Assembly: GCA_013239625.1 (NCBI GenBank)
Contig: MU053472.1
Span: forward strand, 2,639,822-2,703,821
DNA length: 64,000 bases
Direction: 5' to 3'
DNA from: Lama guanicoe
Lineage: Eukaryota
Below are positions 11,520-23,575 of this stretch, one piece after another. Position 1 is the first letter of the stretch. Each line of letters opens with the position of its first letter. The position numbers and the translations under genes were made by a program. The notes beneath the pieces are model-generated. The model was not told the origin of the DNA and did not search any database. It saw only the letters and a program-made list of their open reading frames with translations.

Positions 11520-14500
11520 TTCCAGTCAAGATGGCAGAGCAGTAGGACCACGAGCTTGCCTCTCCTCGCGACTACAATGAAACCACAACTGAGTGCTAAA
11601 CAACCATCAAAAACAGACTGGAACCTAGCAAAAAAGATCTTCTGCAACTGGAAACATAAAGAGGGAACCACAGCAGGACGGTAGGAGGGGCGTGCTCGTG
11701 GTATAATTGGGCCCCATAGCCCCTGGGGTGGGTGACCCACAAGCTGAAGATTTGTTAAGTCGCAGAGGCCCTCCCACAAGAGTGAGAGCTATAAACCCCA
11801 CGTCAGGCTTCCCAGTTTGGGTCCCGGTATTGGGAAGAGAAGGAGACCCCAGGACATCTGGTTCTGAAGGCCAGGGGGGCTTGGATCTGGGAGCCTGANN
11901 NNNNNNNNNNNNNNNNNNNNNNNNNNNNNNNNNNNNNNNNNNNNNNNNNNNNNNNNNNNNNNNNNNNNNNNNNNNNNNNNNNNNNNNNNNNNNNNNNNNN
12001 NNNNNNNNNNNNNNNNNNNNNNNNNNNNNNNNNNNNNNNNNNNNNNGGATGGGATTACTCAGGGGACATAAAAGCTGGTGGCGGGACATTCTGGGAGTGT
12101 TAATCCACATGAGCTTTCCTGGAGGCTGACATCTTGATTAATCATTAGCACCAAGACCTAGCGCCACCCAACAGCCTGTAGGGAAGCCTCAGGCCAAACA
12201 ACATACCGGGTGGGAACACAGCCACACCTGTCATCAGGCTTCCTAAGCCACAAAGGCCTCTAAATAGGCCCTACCCATCAGAGGTCCAGGATCAGGCTTC
12301 ACCCAGCAGTGGGCAGGTACTGGCTCCTCCTGCCAGGAAACCTGCATAAGCCTCTAGTCCAGCCTCATCCACTAGGGGCAGAAACTAGAAATAGAAAACA
12401 ATAATCCCAAAGCCTGTGGAAGGAATCCACAAACACATAGAAAGATAGACGATATGAGGCGGCAAAGGAATATCTCCTAGGCCAAGGCACAAGATAAAAT
12501 TCCAGAAGAAGAAATAATGAGGAGATAGGCAATTTATCTGAGAAAGATGTTCAGAGAACTCAAGAGGAGCATAGATGCATGGAGTGAAGTTTTCCACAAA
12601 GAGTTGGAAAATATAAAGAATACCCAAACAGAGTTGAAGAATAAAATCACTGAAATAAACAACACACTAGAAGGAACCAAGAATAGACTAAATGAGACAG
12701 AAGAACAGATCAGTGAGCTAAAAGACAGATTAGTGGAAATCACTACTTCAGAACAGAAAAAAGAATAAAAAGGAATGAGGATAGTTTAAGAGAACTCTGG
12801 GACAACATGAAGCGCTCTAATATTCACAATATAGGGGTCCCAGAAAGAGAGAAAGAACCTGAGAAAATTTTTGGAGAGATAATAACCGAAAACTTCCCCA
12901 ACTTGGGGAAGGAAACAGTCACGCAAGTCCTGGAAGTGCAGACAGTACCACACAGAATCAACCCAAAGAGGAACACACAAAGGCACATAGTCATCAAATT
13001 GACAACTAAGGATAAGGAGAAAATATTAAAATTAAAATTAACAATGAGTAATATACAAGAGGACTCCCATAAGGTTATTAGCTGATTTTTCAGCAGAAAC
13101 TCTACAGGCCAGAAGGGAGGGGCATGATATATTTAAAGTGATGCAAGAGGGAAACTTACAACCAAGAATACTCTATCCAGCAAGGCTCTCATTCAGACTT
13201 GATGGAGAAATCAAAAGCTTCACAGATAAAAGCTAAAAGATTTCAGCACCACCAAACCAGCTTTACAACAAATGTTAAAGGACCTTCTCTAGTCATCAAA
13301 CCATAAGAAAAGAGAATAAAATGAAGAAAGAGGAAAAAAAAAAAGAGAGAGACCCCTACAAATGATTGCTTTGGCTGTTCGGGATCTTTTGTGGTTCCTT
13401 ACAAATTGTGGAATTGTTTGTTCTAGTTCTGTGACTAATGTAGTGAATATTTTGATGGAGGTTACGTGGATCTGGGTGTTACATGGATCTGTGGATTGCT
13501 TTGGGTAGTGAGGCCATTTTGATAGTGTTGATTCTTCCAATCCAAGAGCACAAGAAATCTTTCCATTTCTTTGTGTCATTTTGGTTTTCAGAGTATAGGT
13601 AACCTCCTTGGTTAAGTTTATTTCTAGGTGTTTTGTTGTTTTTGATGCAATGGAAATGTCTCTGCCAGTTATAAAATTCTGGGTTTTGAAGTGAAAGAAA
13701 AAAGTGAATGAAGGGCCACAAATGGCAAAATAGACTTCTTTTTTCTGGGTGAGTTGTATTCCATTATTTATATATATATGCTGCATCTCCATTATTTATT
13801 TAACTACTGATGTGCACGTAGGATGCTTCCATGTCTTGGCAATTATAATGTTGCTGTTAACAGCAGGGTGTATATATCTTTTTGAGTTAATTCTTATTTG
13901 TGGTTGGCTTTATTCCTTTGATAACTATGTAAGTTTAAAAAGCTAAAGTTCTAAATGTTCTTGGAAACAATGAATAGTACATATATGTAAATTTAAAAAT
14001 ATATGTGCAGGAAAAAAAAAAAAAAGGTCTATCAAGCCATGAAAGACATAGAAGAAACTTAAAAGACATATTACTAAATGAAAGAAGCCAGTCTGAAAAG
14101 ACTGCAAACTGTATGATTCCAATCAGATGATATTCTGGAAAATGCACAGCTACAGGAACAATAAAAAGATCATCGTTTCCAGAGATCTGGGGAGAGGAAT
14201 GGAGGGGGGAATGAACAGATGGAGCACAGGGGATTTTTAGAGCAATGAAATTATTCTGTATTATACTATGGTGGATACATGTCATTAAGCATTTGTCAAA
14301 ACCCATAGAATGTACAACATACAGAGTAAACCCTAATGTAAACTATGGACTTTGGCTGATAATAATGTGCCCATGTTGGTTCATCAATTGTACCAAATAC
14401 GCCACACTGATGAGGGATTTTGAGAGTAGGGGATTATATATGTGTGGATATGGAGGGCTATGTGCAAATTCTGTATTTTCCACTCAGTTCTGTTGTGAAC

Positions 14501-14549
14501 CTGAAACTGCTCTAAAAGAATAAAGTCTGTTAAAAATTAAAAAAAAATT
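11520..14549 (+). mobile_element. Composite ORF1-only (HAL1-like) retroelement, duplicated copy 2
   Basis: Same TSD at 11502-11519 and 14550-14567. Arises from the tandem duplication, not an independent insertion. Confidence 0.8.
11899..12046. other. Assembly gap (N run)
   Basis: Run of N. Confidence 1.
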
Positions 14550-15952
14550 AAGATGAAACCCCAGAAGAACTAAGCGAAATGAAGTAACGATCATAAAGAT
14601 GTTCACCAACCTTAGAAGAAAAATGGATGAACTCAATGAGAATTTTAACATAGTTAGAAAATATAAAGAAAAATCAAAGCTGAAGAATACAATAATTGAA
14701 AAAAAAGCACAGTTGAATGAATCAATAGTAGATCAGATGATAAAGAGAAATGGATCAGTCATCTGGAGACAGAGTAGTGGAAATCACCCAAGCTGAACAG
14801 AAAAAAGAAGAAAGAATTTTAAAAATTAAGGATAGTCTGAGAAACATCTGATCACATGTAATAACCTTCAGATTATAGGGGTCCCAGAAGAAGAGAGAGA
14901 GAGAGAGAGAGAGGCAGAGAAGTTACATGAAGAAATAATAGCTGAAAACATCCCTAACTTGGGAAAGAACACAGACATCCAGGTCCAGGAAGTACAGAGT
15001 CCCAAACAAGATGAATCCAAGAGGTCCACACCAAGACACACTATGATTAAAATGGCAAAAATTAACGATAAAGAATTTTAAAAGCAGAAAGAGAAAAGTA
15101 AATAGTTATATAAAAGGGAACTCTCATAAGGCTATGAGCTGACTGTTCAGTAGAAACATTGCAGGTCAGGAGGGAGTGGCATGATATATTCAAAGCAATG
15201 AAAGGGAAAAACCTACAACCAAGAATAGCTAGCAAGGTTACCATTCAGATTTGAAGGAGAGATAAAGAGTTTTACAGACAAGCAAAAGCTAAAAGAGTTC
15301 AGCATCACTAAACTGGCTTTACAAGAAATGTTAAAGGGACTTCTCTAATCAGAAAACAATAGGCACAACTAGAAATATGAAAATTATGAAACAAATAAAA
15401 AAGTCTTTCTGATAAAGCCAAACATATACTAAAGGTAGATCAAACACTTATAAAGCTACTGGAAAGGTTAAAAGATGAAAGTAGTAAAACTATTTTTCCC
15501 ACAATAAGCAGTTAAGGGATACACAAAACAAAAAGATGTAAAATATAATGTCAAAACATTAAACATGGTTGGGGGTAAAAATATCAGGTTGTTAGAATGT
15601 ATTCAAACTTAAAATATCATCAACTTAAAATAATCATATATACATGGCTTGGGGGAGAGGGAGACAGAGAGAGCATGCACACTATATATAAAACTTATGG
15701 TAAGCACAAACCAAAAATCTATAATATATACACGCATACAAAAGAGAAAGGAACCCAAACATAACACAAAAGAGAATTGTCAAATCACAAGGGAAGACAG
15801 CAAAAGAAGAAAGGAATAAGAACTACAAAAACAACCCCAAAACAATTAACAAAATGGCAATAAATACATACCTATCAATAATTACTTCAAATATAAATGG
15901 ACTAAATGCTCCAATCAAAAGACAGAGTGTCTAAACGGATTTTTTAAAAGAT

Positions 15953-15986
<34 letters not shown>

Positions 15987-17118
15987 TGCCTACAAGACTC
16001 ACTTCAAATCAAAATACACACACAGACTGAAAATGACAGAATTGAGAAAGATATAACATGCAAATGGAAATGAAAAGAAAGCTAGGGTAGCAATACTTAT
16101 ATCAGACAAAATAGACTTTAAAACAAAGATTGCTTTGAGACAAACAGACAAAGTAGGACACTACAGAATGATAAAAGGAAGCAAGAAGATATAAAAACTG
16201 TAAATATATATGCACCAATCATAGGAACGCCTAAAAACATAATGCAAATACTAACAAACGTAAAGGGAGAAATTGACAATAATAATAGGGGACTTTAATA
16301 CCCCACATACATCAATATATGGATCATCCAGACAGAAAAATCAATAAGGAAACACTGGCCTTAAATGACCATCGTCATCATTAGACCAACTTAATTATAG
16401 ATACATACAGATACAGATACATTCTGCTGTTTCAACCAGAACAGCAGAATACACATTCTTTTCAAGTACACATGGAACATTCTCCAGGATAGATCACATT
16501 CTAGGCCACAAAACAAGTCTCAATAAATTTAAGAAGACTGAAATCGTATCAGACATCTATTCCAACCATACAGTATGAGACTAGAAACCAACTGTAAGGA
16601 AAAAAACCTGCAAAAAAACCCAAAACACATGGAGTCCAAACAATAGGCTACTAAGTAACCAAAGGATCACTGAAGAAATCAAGTAGGAAGTCAAAAAACA
16701 CCAGGTAATAAAAAAATTGGAAACACAACAATCCAAAATCTATAAGATGCAGCAAAAGCAGTTCTAAGAGGGAAGTTTATAGTAATACAAGTCTATCTCA
16801 GGAAAGAAGAAAAATCTCAAATAAACAATCCAACATTACACCTACAGAAACTAGAAAAAGAAGAACAAACAAGACCCAAAGTTAGTAAAAGGAAAGAAAG
16901 AAAAAGATCAGAGCAGAGATAAATAAAATAGAGACAAAAAATTGAAAAAAAATCAATGAAACTAAGAGCTAATTCTCTGAAAAGATAAACAAGATTGACA
17001 TAACTTTAGTCAGACTCTTCAGGAAAAAAGAAGAGAGGGCTCAAATAAATAAATTCAGAAATGAAAAAGGAGAAATTACAACTGACAATACAGAAATACA
17101 AATAAGCCTAAGAGATTA

Positions 17119-17336
17119 CAGTTGACCCTTATATAATGTGGGACTTAGGGGTACTAACCTATCACCCAGTCAAAAATCTGCATGTAACTTATAGTCTGCC
17201 CACTGTATCCCCAGTTCCACATCCATGGATTCAATCAACCATGGGTCATGTAGTACTGTAGTATGCATTTATTGAAAAAAATCTGTATGTAAGTGGACCC
17301 ATACAGTTCAAACACATGTTGCTCAAGGGTCAACCC
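17119..17336. mobile_element. TcMar-Tigger MITE (MER8/MER2-like) inserted in L1 ORF2
   Basis: TIRs cagttgaccctt ... aagggtcaaccc with TA on both sides. Removing it restores the L1 sequence agagattactatgaacag. Confidence 0.85.
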
Positions 17337-17590
17337 TACTATGAACAGTTATACACCAATAAAATGGACAACCTAGACAAAGTGGACTAATTCCTAGAAA
17401 TCAATTTGTAAAGATTGAATCAGGAAGAAATAGTAAATATGAACAGACCAATTACTAGTAATGAAATTGAATCAGTAACAAAAAAGAAAAACTCCCAATA
17501 AACAAAAGTCCAGGACCAGATGGCTTCACAGGTGTACTCTACAAAACATTTGAAGAAGAGTTAATACCTATCCTTCTAAAACTATTCCAA

Positions 17591-17675
17591 TGAAAAAGAA
17601 CATATATAAATCACTATGTTATACACCAGAAAGTAACACAACATTGTAAATCCACTATACTTCAATCTAAAATGA
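17591..17675 (+). mobile_element. Very short 5'-truncated L1 3' tail
   Basis: 14-bp TSD taaaactattccaa (17577-17590 and 17676-17689). Contains L1 terminal sequence ...acattgtaaatccactatacttcaat. Confidence 0.75.
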
Positions 17676-17742
17676 TAAAACTATTCCAAAAAACTGAAGA
17701 GGAAGGCATGCTTCCAAACTCAGTTGTATAAGGCCACCATCA

Positions 17743-17878
17743 GAGGAAGGTATAGCTCAAAGTGGTAGAGCACATGCTTAGCATGAACAAGGTCACGGGT
17801 TCAATCACCCATAAAAAAAGTAAATAAATAAATAAACATAATTACCTCCCTCCCTCACACACACACACAAAAAAAACC
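17743..17878 (+). mobile_element. tRNA-Ala-derived SINE (camelid Vic-1 type)
   Basis: tRNA-like head (tagctcaaagtggtagagc...ggttcaatc), A-rich tail and 16-bp TSD tataaggccaccatca (17727-17742 and 17879-17894). Confidence 0.85.
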
Positions 17879-19341
17879 TATAAGGCCACCATCACCCTGA
17901 TACCACAACTAGACAAAGACACCAGACATGAAAGAAAGGAAGGAAGGAAGAAAGAAAGTTACAGGCTAATATCATTGATGAACATACATGTAAAGATCCC
18001 CAAAATATTAGCAAATCAAATTCAGCAACACATTAAAAGGATCATACACCATGATCAAATGGAATGTATCCCAGGAATGCAAAGATGGTTTAATAGTCAC
18101 AATTCAATCAATGTGATATTCTACATAAACAAACTGAAGAATAAAAATCATATGATCATTTCAATAGATGCAGAAAAAGCTTTTGACAAAATTCAACATC
18201 CATTTATGATAAGAACTCTCAACAAAGAAAGTGGGTATAGAGGGAACATACCTTAACAAAATAAAGGCCATGTATGACAAAACCAGAGCCACAGCATACT
18301 CTAAAGGAAAAGCTAAAAGCATCTTCTCTAAGAGCAGGAACAAAGATGCCCACTCTAGCCACTTTTATTCAACATAATATTGGAAGGCATAGGCACAACA
18401 AACAAGAAAAAGAAATTTTAAAAATCCAAATTAGAAGTAAAGAAATAAAACTGTCAGTCTCTGTAGATGACGTTACTATATAGAAAATCCTGAAGATTTT
18501 CTACGAAAAAACTACTAGAACTAGTAAACAAATTTGATAAAGTAGCAGGATACAAAATTAATATACAGAAATCTGTTCTATTTCTATACACCAACAATGA
18601 ACTATCGCAAAGAGAAATTAAGAAAACAATTCCATATACAAATTGCATCAAAAAGAACAAAATACCTAGTAATAAATATAACCAAAGTGGTAAAAGACTT
18701 GTACTCTTAAAACTATGACATTGATGAAAAAAATTGAAGACAATGTAAATAAATGAAATATATATCACATTCATAAATTAGAATAATTAATATTGTTCAA
18801 GTGACCATACTACCCAAGGCAATCTACAGATTCCATGCAACATCTATCAAAATACCAAAGGCATTTTCCATAGACCTAGAACAAATAATTCTAAATTCTG
18901 TATGGAAACACAAAAGAACTTCAATAGCCAAAGTCATCTTGGTAAAGAACAAAAAACCTGGAGGTATCAAGCTTGCTGATTTCAAATTATACTATAAAGA
19001 CACAGTAATCAAAACAGTATGGCACAGAACTAGCTGCATAGATCAAACAAAAGAACAGAGAGCCCAGAAATGAACCTATGCTTATATGGTCAATTAATCT
19101 ACAACAAAGGAAGCAAAAATATACAATGGAGAAAAGACAGTGTCTTCAATACATGATGTTGGGAAAACTGGACAACTATGTGCAAAAGAATCAAACTGGA
19201 CCACTTTCTCATATCAAGTAAAAAATAAAGTCAAAATGGATTAAAGACTTAAATGTAAGACCTGAAAGAAGAAATGTAAGACCTCCTAGAAGAAAACATA
19301 GGCAGTATGCTTGACCTTGATCAGTCTTAGCAATATTTTTT

Positions 19342-19495
19342 TGGATCTGTTGCCTCAGGCAAGGGCAACAAAAAGCAAAATTAAACAAACAGGACTATAT
19401 CAAACTTTTAAAAAAGCTTCTGGATCTGTTGCCTCAGGCGAGGGCAACAAAAAGCAAAACTAAAAAAACAGGACTATATCAAACTTTAAAAAAAA
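19342..19495 (+). repeat. Local ~79-bp tandem duplication in L1 ORF2
   Basis: tggatctgttgcctcaggc...ggactatatcaaacttt occurs twice in tandem (19342 and 19421). Confidence 0.85.
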
Positions 19496-19633
19496 AATAG
19501 TGAAGGAACCTATCAACAAAGCGAAAAGCACACTACTGAATGGGAGAATGTATTTACAAATGATACATCCGATAAGGGGTTAATATCTAAAATATACAAA
19601 GAACTCATACAACTCAAAAAAACAAACCACCCT

Positions 19634-20370
19634 GCTGGAGAAGGTGTGGAGAAAAGGGAACCCTCCTACAATGCTGAGGGGAATGTAATTTGGTGCAACC
19701 ATTATGGAAAACAGTATGGAGATTCCTCAAAAAACGAAAAATAGACTTACGGTATGATCCAGCAATCCCAGTCCTGAGCGTGTATCTGGAGAGAACTCTA
19801 ATATGAAAAGATACATGCACCCCAATGGTCATAGCAGCACTATATACAATAGCCAAGACATTGAAGCAACCTAAATGTCCATCGACAGAAGTTGTGGTAT
19901 ATTTATACAATGGAATACTACTCAGCCATAAAAAAGAATAAAATAATGCCATTTGTAGCAACGTGGATGGACCTAGAGATCGTCATTCAAAGTGAAGTAA
20001 GCCAGAACAAGAAAGAAAAATACCATATGATATCAAAAAAAAAACGGACAAAAAAGGACATTATGAACTCATCTACAAACAGAAACAGACTTGCAGACAT
20101 AGTAAACAATCCTATGGTTACTGGGAAAGGGGGTGGGAAGGGATAAATTTGGGAGTTTGAGATTTACAATTGTTAGCCACTATATATAAAAATAGATTTT
20201 AAAAAAGTTTTTGCTGTATAGCATAGGGAACTGTGTTCAATATCTTGTAATAATCTTTAATGAAAAAGACATGAAAATGAATATATGTATGTATATGCAT
20301 GACTGGGACATTGTGCTGTACACTAGAAATTGATACATTGTAACTGATGGTACCTCAATAAAAAAAAAAC
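19634..20370 (+). mobile_element. Younger 5'-truncated L1 (ORF2 C-terminus plus 3'UTR) nested in the host L1
   Basis: [20 protein letters not shown]...; its own 3'UTR and poly-A. The host ORF2 resumes at ctgattaaaaagtg. Confidence 0.8.
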
Positions 20371-22289
20371 CTGATTAAAAAGTGCATGAAGGTTCTGAAT
20401 AGACATTTTCCACAGAAGACACAGAGATGGACAACAGACATATGAAAAGATGCTCTACATCATTAATCATCAGGGAAATGCAAATTAAAACCACAATGAG
20501 ATATCACCTCATATCTGTCAGAATGGCTATCATCAAAAAGACAACAAATAACAAGTGTTGGCAAGGACATGGAGAAAAGGGAACCCTCTTGCACTGTTGA
20601 TAGGGAAAACTGTATGGAGGGGCCTTAAAAAATTAAAAATAGAGAACTGTCATATAAACAAGAAATTTCACTTCTGGGTATTTAGCCAAAGAAAACAAAA
20701 ACACTAATTAGAAAAGTTATATGCCCATTCACGTTTATTGCAGCATTATTTATAATAGCCTAGTTATGGAAGCAATCAAAGTGTCCACTGATAATTGAAT
20801 GGATAAAGAAGATGTAGTATTGATCTACAATGGAATACTACTCAGCCATAAAAAATGAAACGTTGCCATTTGTGATAACATAGATGGATCTGGAGGGTAT
20901 TATGCTAAGTGAAATAAGTCAGACACAGAAAGACAGATATTGTATAATCTCACTTATATCTGAAAAAACAAAATGAAAACAGACATAGATACTTAGAACA
21001 TTCAGGTGACTGAAGGAGGTAGGTGAGGGGGCAGACGAAATAGGTGAAGGGGATTGAGAGGTACTAAACTCAAGTTATAAAATAAATACATTACAGGGAT
21101 GTAACATACAACATGAGAAATATGGTCAATAATATTATAATCACTTTGTATAGGGACAGATGGTTACTAGACTTATTGCGGTGGTAATTTCATAATGCAT
21201 GCAAATGTCAAATCGCTATGTAATATATCTGAACCTAACATAATATAGTATGTCAACTATATTTCAATTAAAAAAAGAACGAGTTTGATATCAATTGTCA
21301 ATAACTATCATATTATAGACAGGTAGAGTGGTAACACAAGTGATATGTATTTACCATCCCTGAGTTAGTAAATGCAACGTCTGTTAAAAAAAGATCAATC
21401 ATAGTTTACACCAAAGGGAACAAATACAAAGGAAAAAAAAAAGTAAAGTTGTTTTGTCTAGTGCAAAGAGTATTAAGAAAAAATACACAAAACTTGGAAA
21501 TAGGCAGAAGAGATTATTGGGGTCCTTTCAATAGAATGCAGGATGTAATTTAGCAGACCCTCTGGGAATTATCTGATTATGTAGGAATGTGCATCTTAAT
21601 TTGACTCTACTGACTAGGCTATTTTAGAACTTCATGGGGGTAGTAGTTAACTTGTAGGAAAACTGGAAACAAAGCAATTGCTCATCCGATCAGAGGACAG
21701 TGCAAATGATTCCTGTCCTGACCAACATAAACACAAATCTTTTGGTAGAAATTTAATTGTTTTTCATCTGGTAAAAAACATAACCCCAAATATTATGTCT
21801 CCCACCTTGTAGGAGTTTTCATCTATTGATAAATTTATTTCAGCATAACTTTGACTATTTAAGTTCTCTTTGACTTTTTCTTTGAACCAGTCTTGATATC
21901 TTATATGTTCTCTCATTAATTAATAAACTGAATAATATTTGAAATACTTCCCTTCATATTTGAATGAGTCATGTTTTTAACTTTTTGAAAATTATAGCAA
22001 GAATGTGTATAAAAAAGTAATAATAAGCTAGATAAGTGAGGGAAGAGTTGCAGAGGACCTAATAACAGGTAACAAAAGGACACCAAAGGAGTGCCACCAT
22101 GCAGTCAACAAACATCTATGCTGTTCTAGGATGATGAAATGGTGACTGAACATTTATTACTAAGGTTGTGCTTGTGCCTATGTGGGCTAACTCTGTCCCC
22201 TTTTCAAAAGCATTTTCTAAAGCTGTAAGGATCATGAAGAAGTAGCAACTTGCCTATAAAGAACTGCTAAGACCTACTGTATATTCAAT

Positions 22290-22430
22290 TTCTTATAATG
22301 AGCCATAATGGAAAAGAAACTGAAAAAATATATATATATGTATATGTATAACTAAATTGCTTTGCTGTACACCTGAAACTAACACTGTAAATTGACTACA
22401 TTGGAATAAAAAATAAGAATACAAAAAGAA
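22290..22430 (+). mobile_element. Short L1 3' tail
   Basis: tttgctgtacacctgaaactaacactgtaaattgacta followed by an A-rich tail. Confidence 0.65.
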
Positions 22431-22434
22431 AAAA

Positions 22435-22720
22435 GAAATGCTAGAGAAGTGGGGAATCCAGCAGAATATAGTACTATGGAAGCCTAAGGAAGAAAGAACC
22501 CAGGTGAGAACAACCCTTCGTGTAGAATGCTGCCAAAATGTCAAGTAAGATAAGGTCTGAAAAGTGTCCATTCGTTCATTTATTCAATAAATATTTACTG
22601 GCTATTTAGCATATGCCAAGAACTGTATTAGGCATGGGGATACAGTAATACACAAAACCAAAATAATCCCTGCTGACATTGAGTATAATGGAAGAGACAG
22701 ACTAATAGATTAAATAGCTA
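22435..22720. mobile_element. L2 fragments
   Basis: cattcgttcatttattcaataaatatttactg...tgccaagaactgtattaggc is a typical L2 terminal motif. Confidence 0.6.
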
Positions 22721-22744
22721 ATTTAAGAAATATGTATTTAGAGA

Positions 22745-23575
22745 TTCCAGTGCCAGCCAAGAAGGCGTAGTCCACTAAAGCCTATCTTTACTGCTGATTA
22801 TACCTAAATACTCTGGATGAAACACAAAAAGCAAGTACCTTAGCAAGAAAGTAAACAAAAACAACATTGGGGACAAGAGTCAAACTTGGAAAAGGGACCC
22901 ATACAGAAGTGAGTTTCCTCTTCCGTGTGTGTGCATGTGTGTGTGTTTGTGTGTCTGTTTTTTACCTGAGGGTGGGTGCCCAGTGAAGCTGTGGTAGTGG
23001 CTCCGTGGGCAACTAAAACTCCTAGAGAAACCCTATCTTTGTAGACAGAGGAACTGAGAAAACAGGTCCCTGGGGCTCAAAGATTTGCAGGGGGAAAATC
23101 CCCATTTTTTTTCCACTCTGTTTTTCTCTTGCTGTAGCATAGGCAAGTAAAATTCCTTAGAGAAACCCCATCATTCCAGCTATAGGAGGAGAGAGACAGG
23201 AAACTGAGGAGAATCTGAGAGAGAAGAGAACTGGAAAAAGACTTCTCCTATTTTTGTTCTGTATGAATCAGCATATGTCCAGGGCTCATTTCTAAGGGAC
23301 ACATACACAGAACATCCCAAAGCAGCAAGCAAAGTCCTTGAGAACTGAACCACAATATAAAGCAAAACACAAGTCTGAGACTAATCCCTGAGTAGCACAG
23401 AAGTAGGACAGAACTACCCTGATGTTGGAACCTCTAGGGGAAAAAAGGCAAGACAGACTTTGTAGTCTCAATCCAACCAAGATGACTAAGTGCTGAAAAG
23501 AACAACAAAAATCAATGCACTTCAGAGGATTTTAATGGGACTCAGAGTATAACAATATGACATTCAGAATGTCCC
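22745..23575 (+). mobile_element. Old L1 5' region
   Basis: Resembles an old L1M 5'UTR/ORF1 start. The element appears to continue after the ERV at about 26.5 kb. Confidence 0.45.

Larger units (their letters stand above)
11301..16653 (+). repeat. Tandem duplication unit 2
   Basis: Differs from unit 1 by roughly ten substitutions seen by eye, homopolymer/microsatellite lengths and an N gap. The host L1 ORF2 resumes after 16653. Confidence 0.95.
5020..21274 (+). mobile_element. Originally full-length, decayed LINE-1 expanded to about 16 kb by nested insertions and a tandem duplication
   Basis: 5' end gatggccaagatgtcagagtagg, GC-rich 5'UTR, then ORF1 and ORF2 (EN and RT fragments, e.g. [20 protein letters not shown] at about 18.15 kb), 3'UTR and A-tail. 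Diverged 17-bp TSD: aagaatgagattaatat (5003-5019) and aagaacgagtttgatat (21275-21291), 3 mismatches. Confidence 0.85.

Noticed and set aside
11520..14549. Second copy of the composite element as proof of a mobile family
   Set aside because: It shares the same TSD and flanks, so it is part of the tandem duplication and not an independent insertion.
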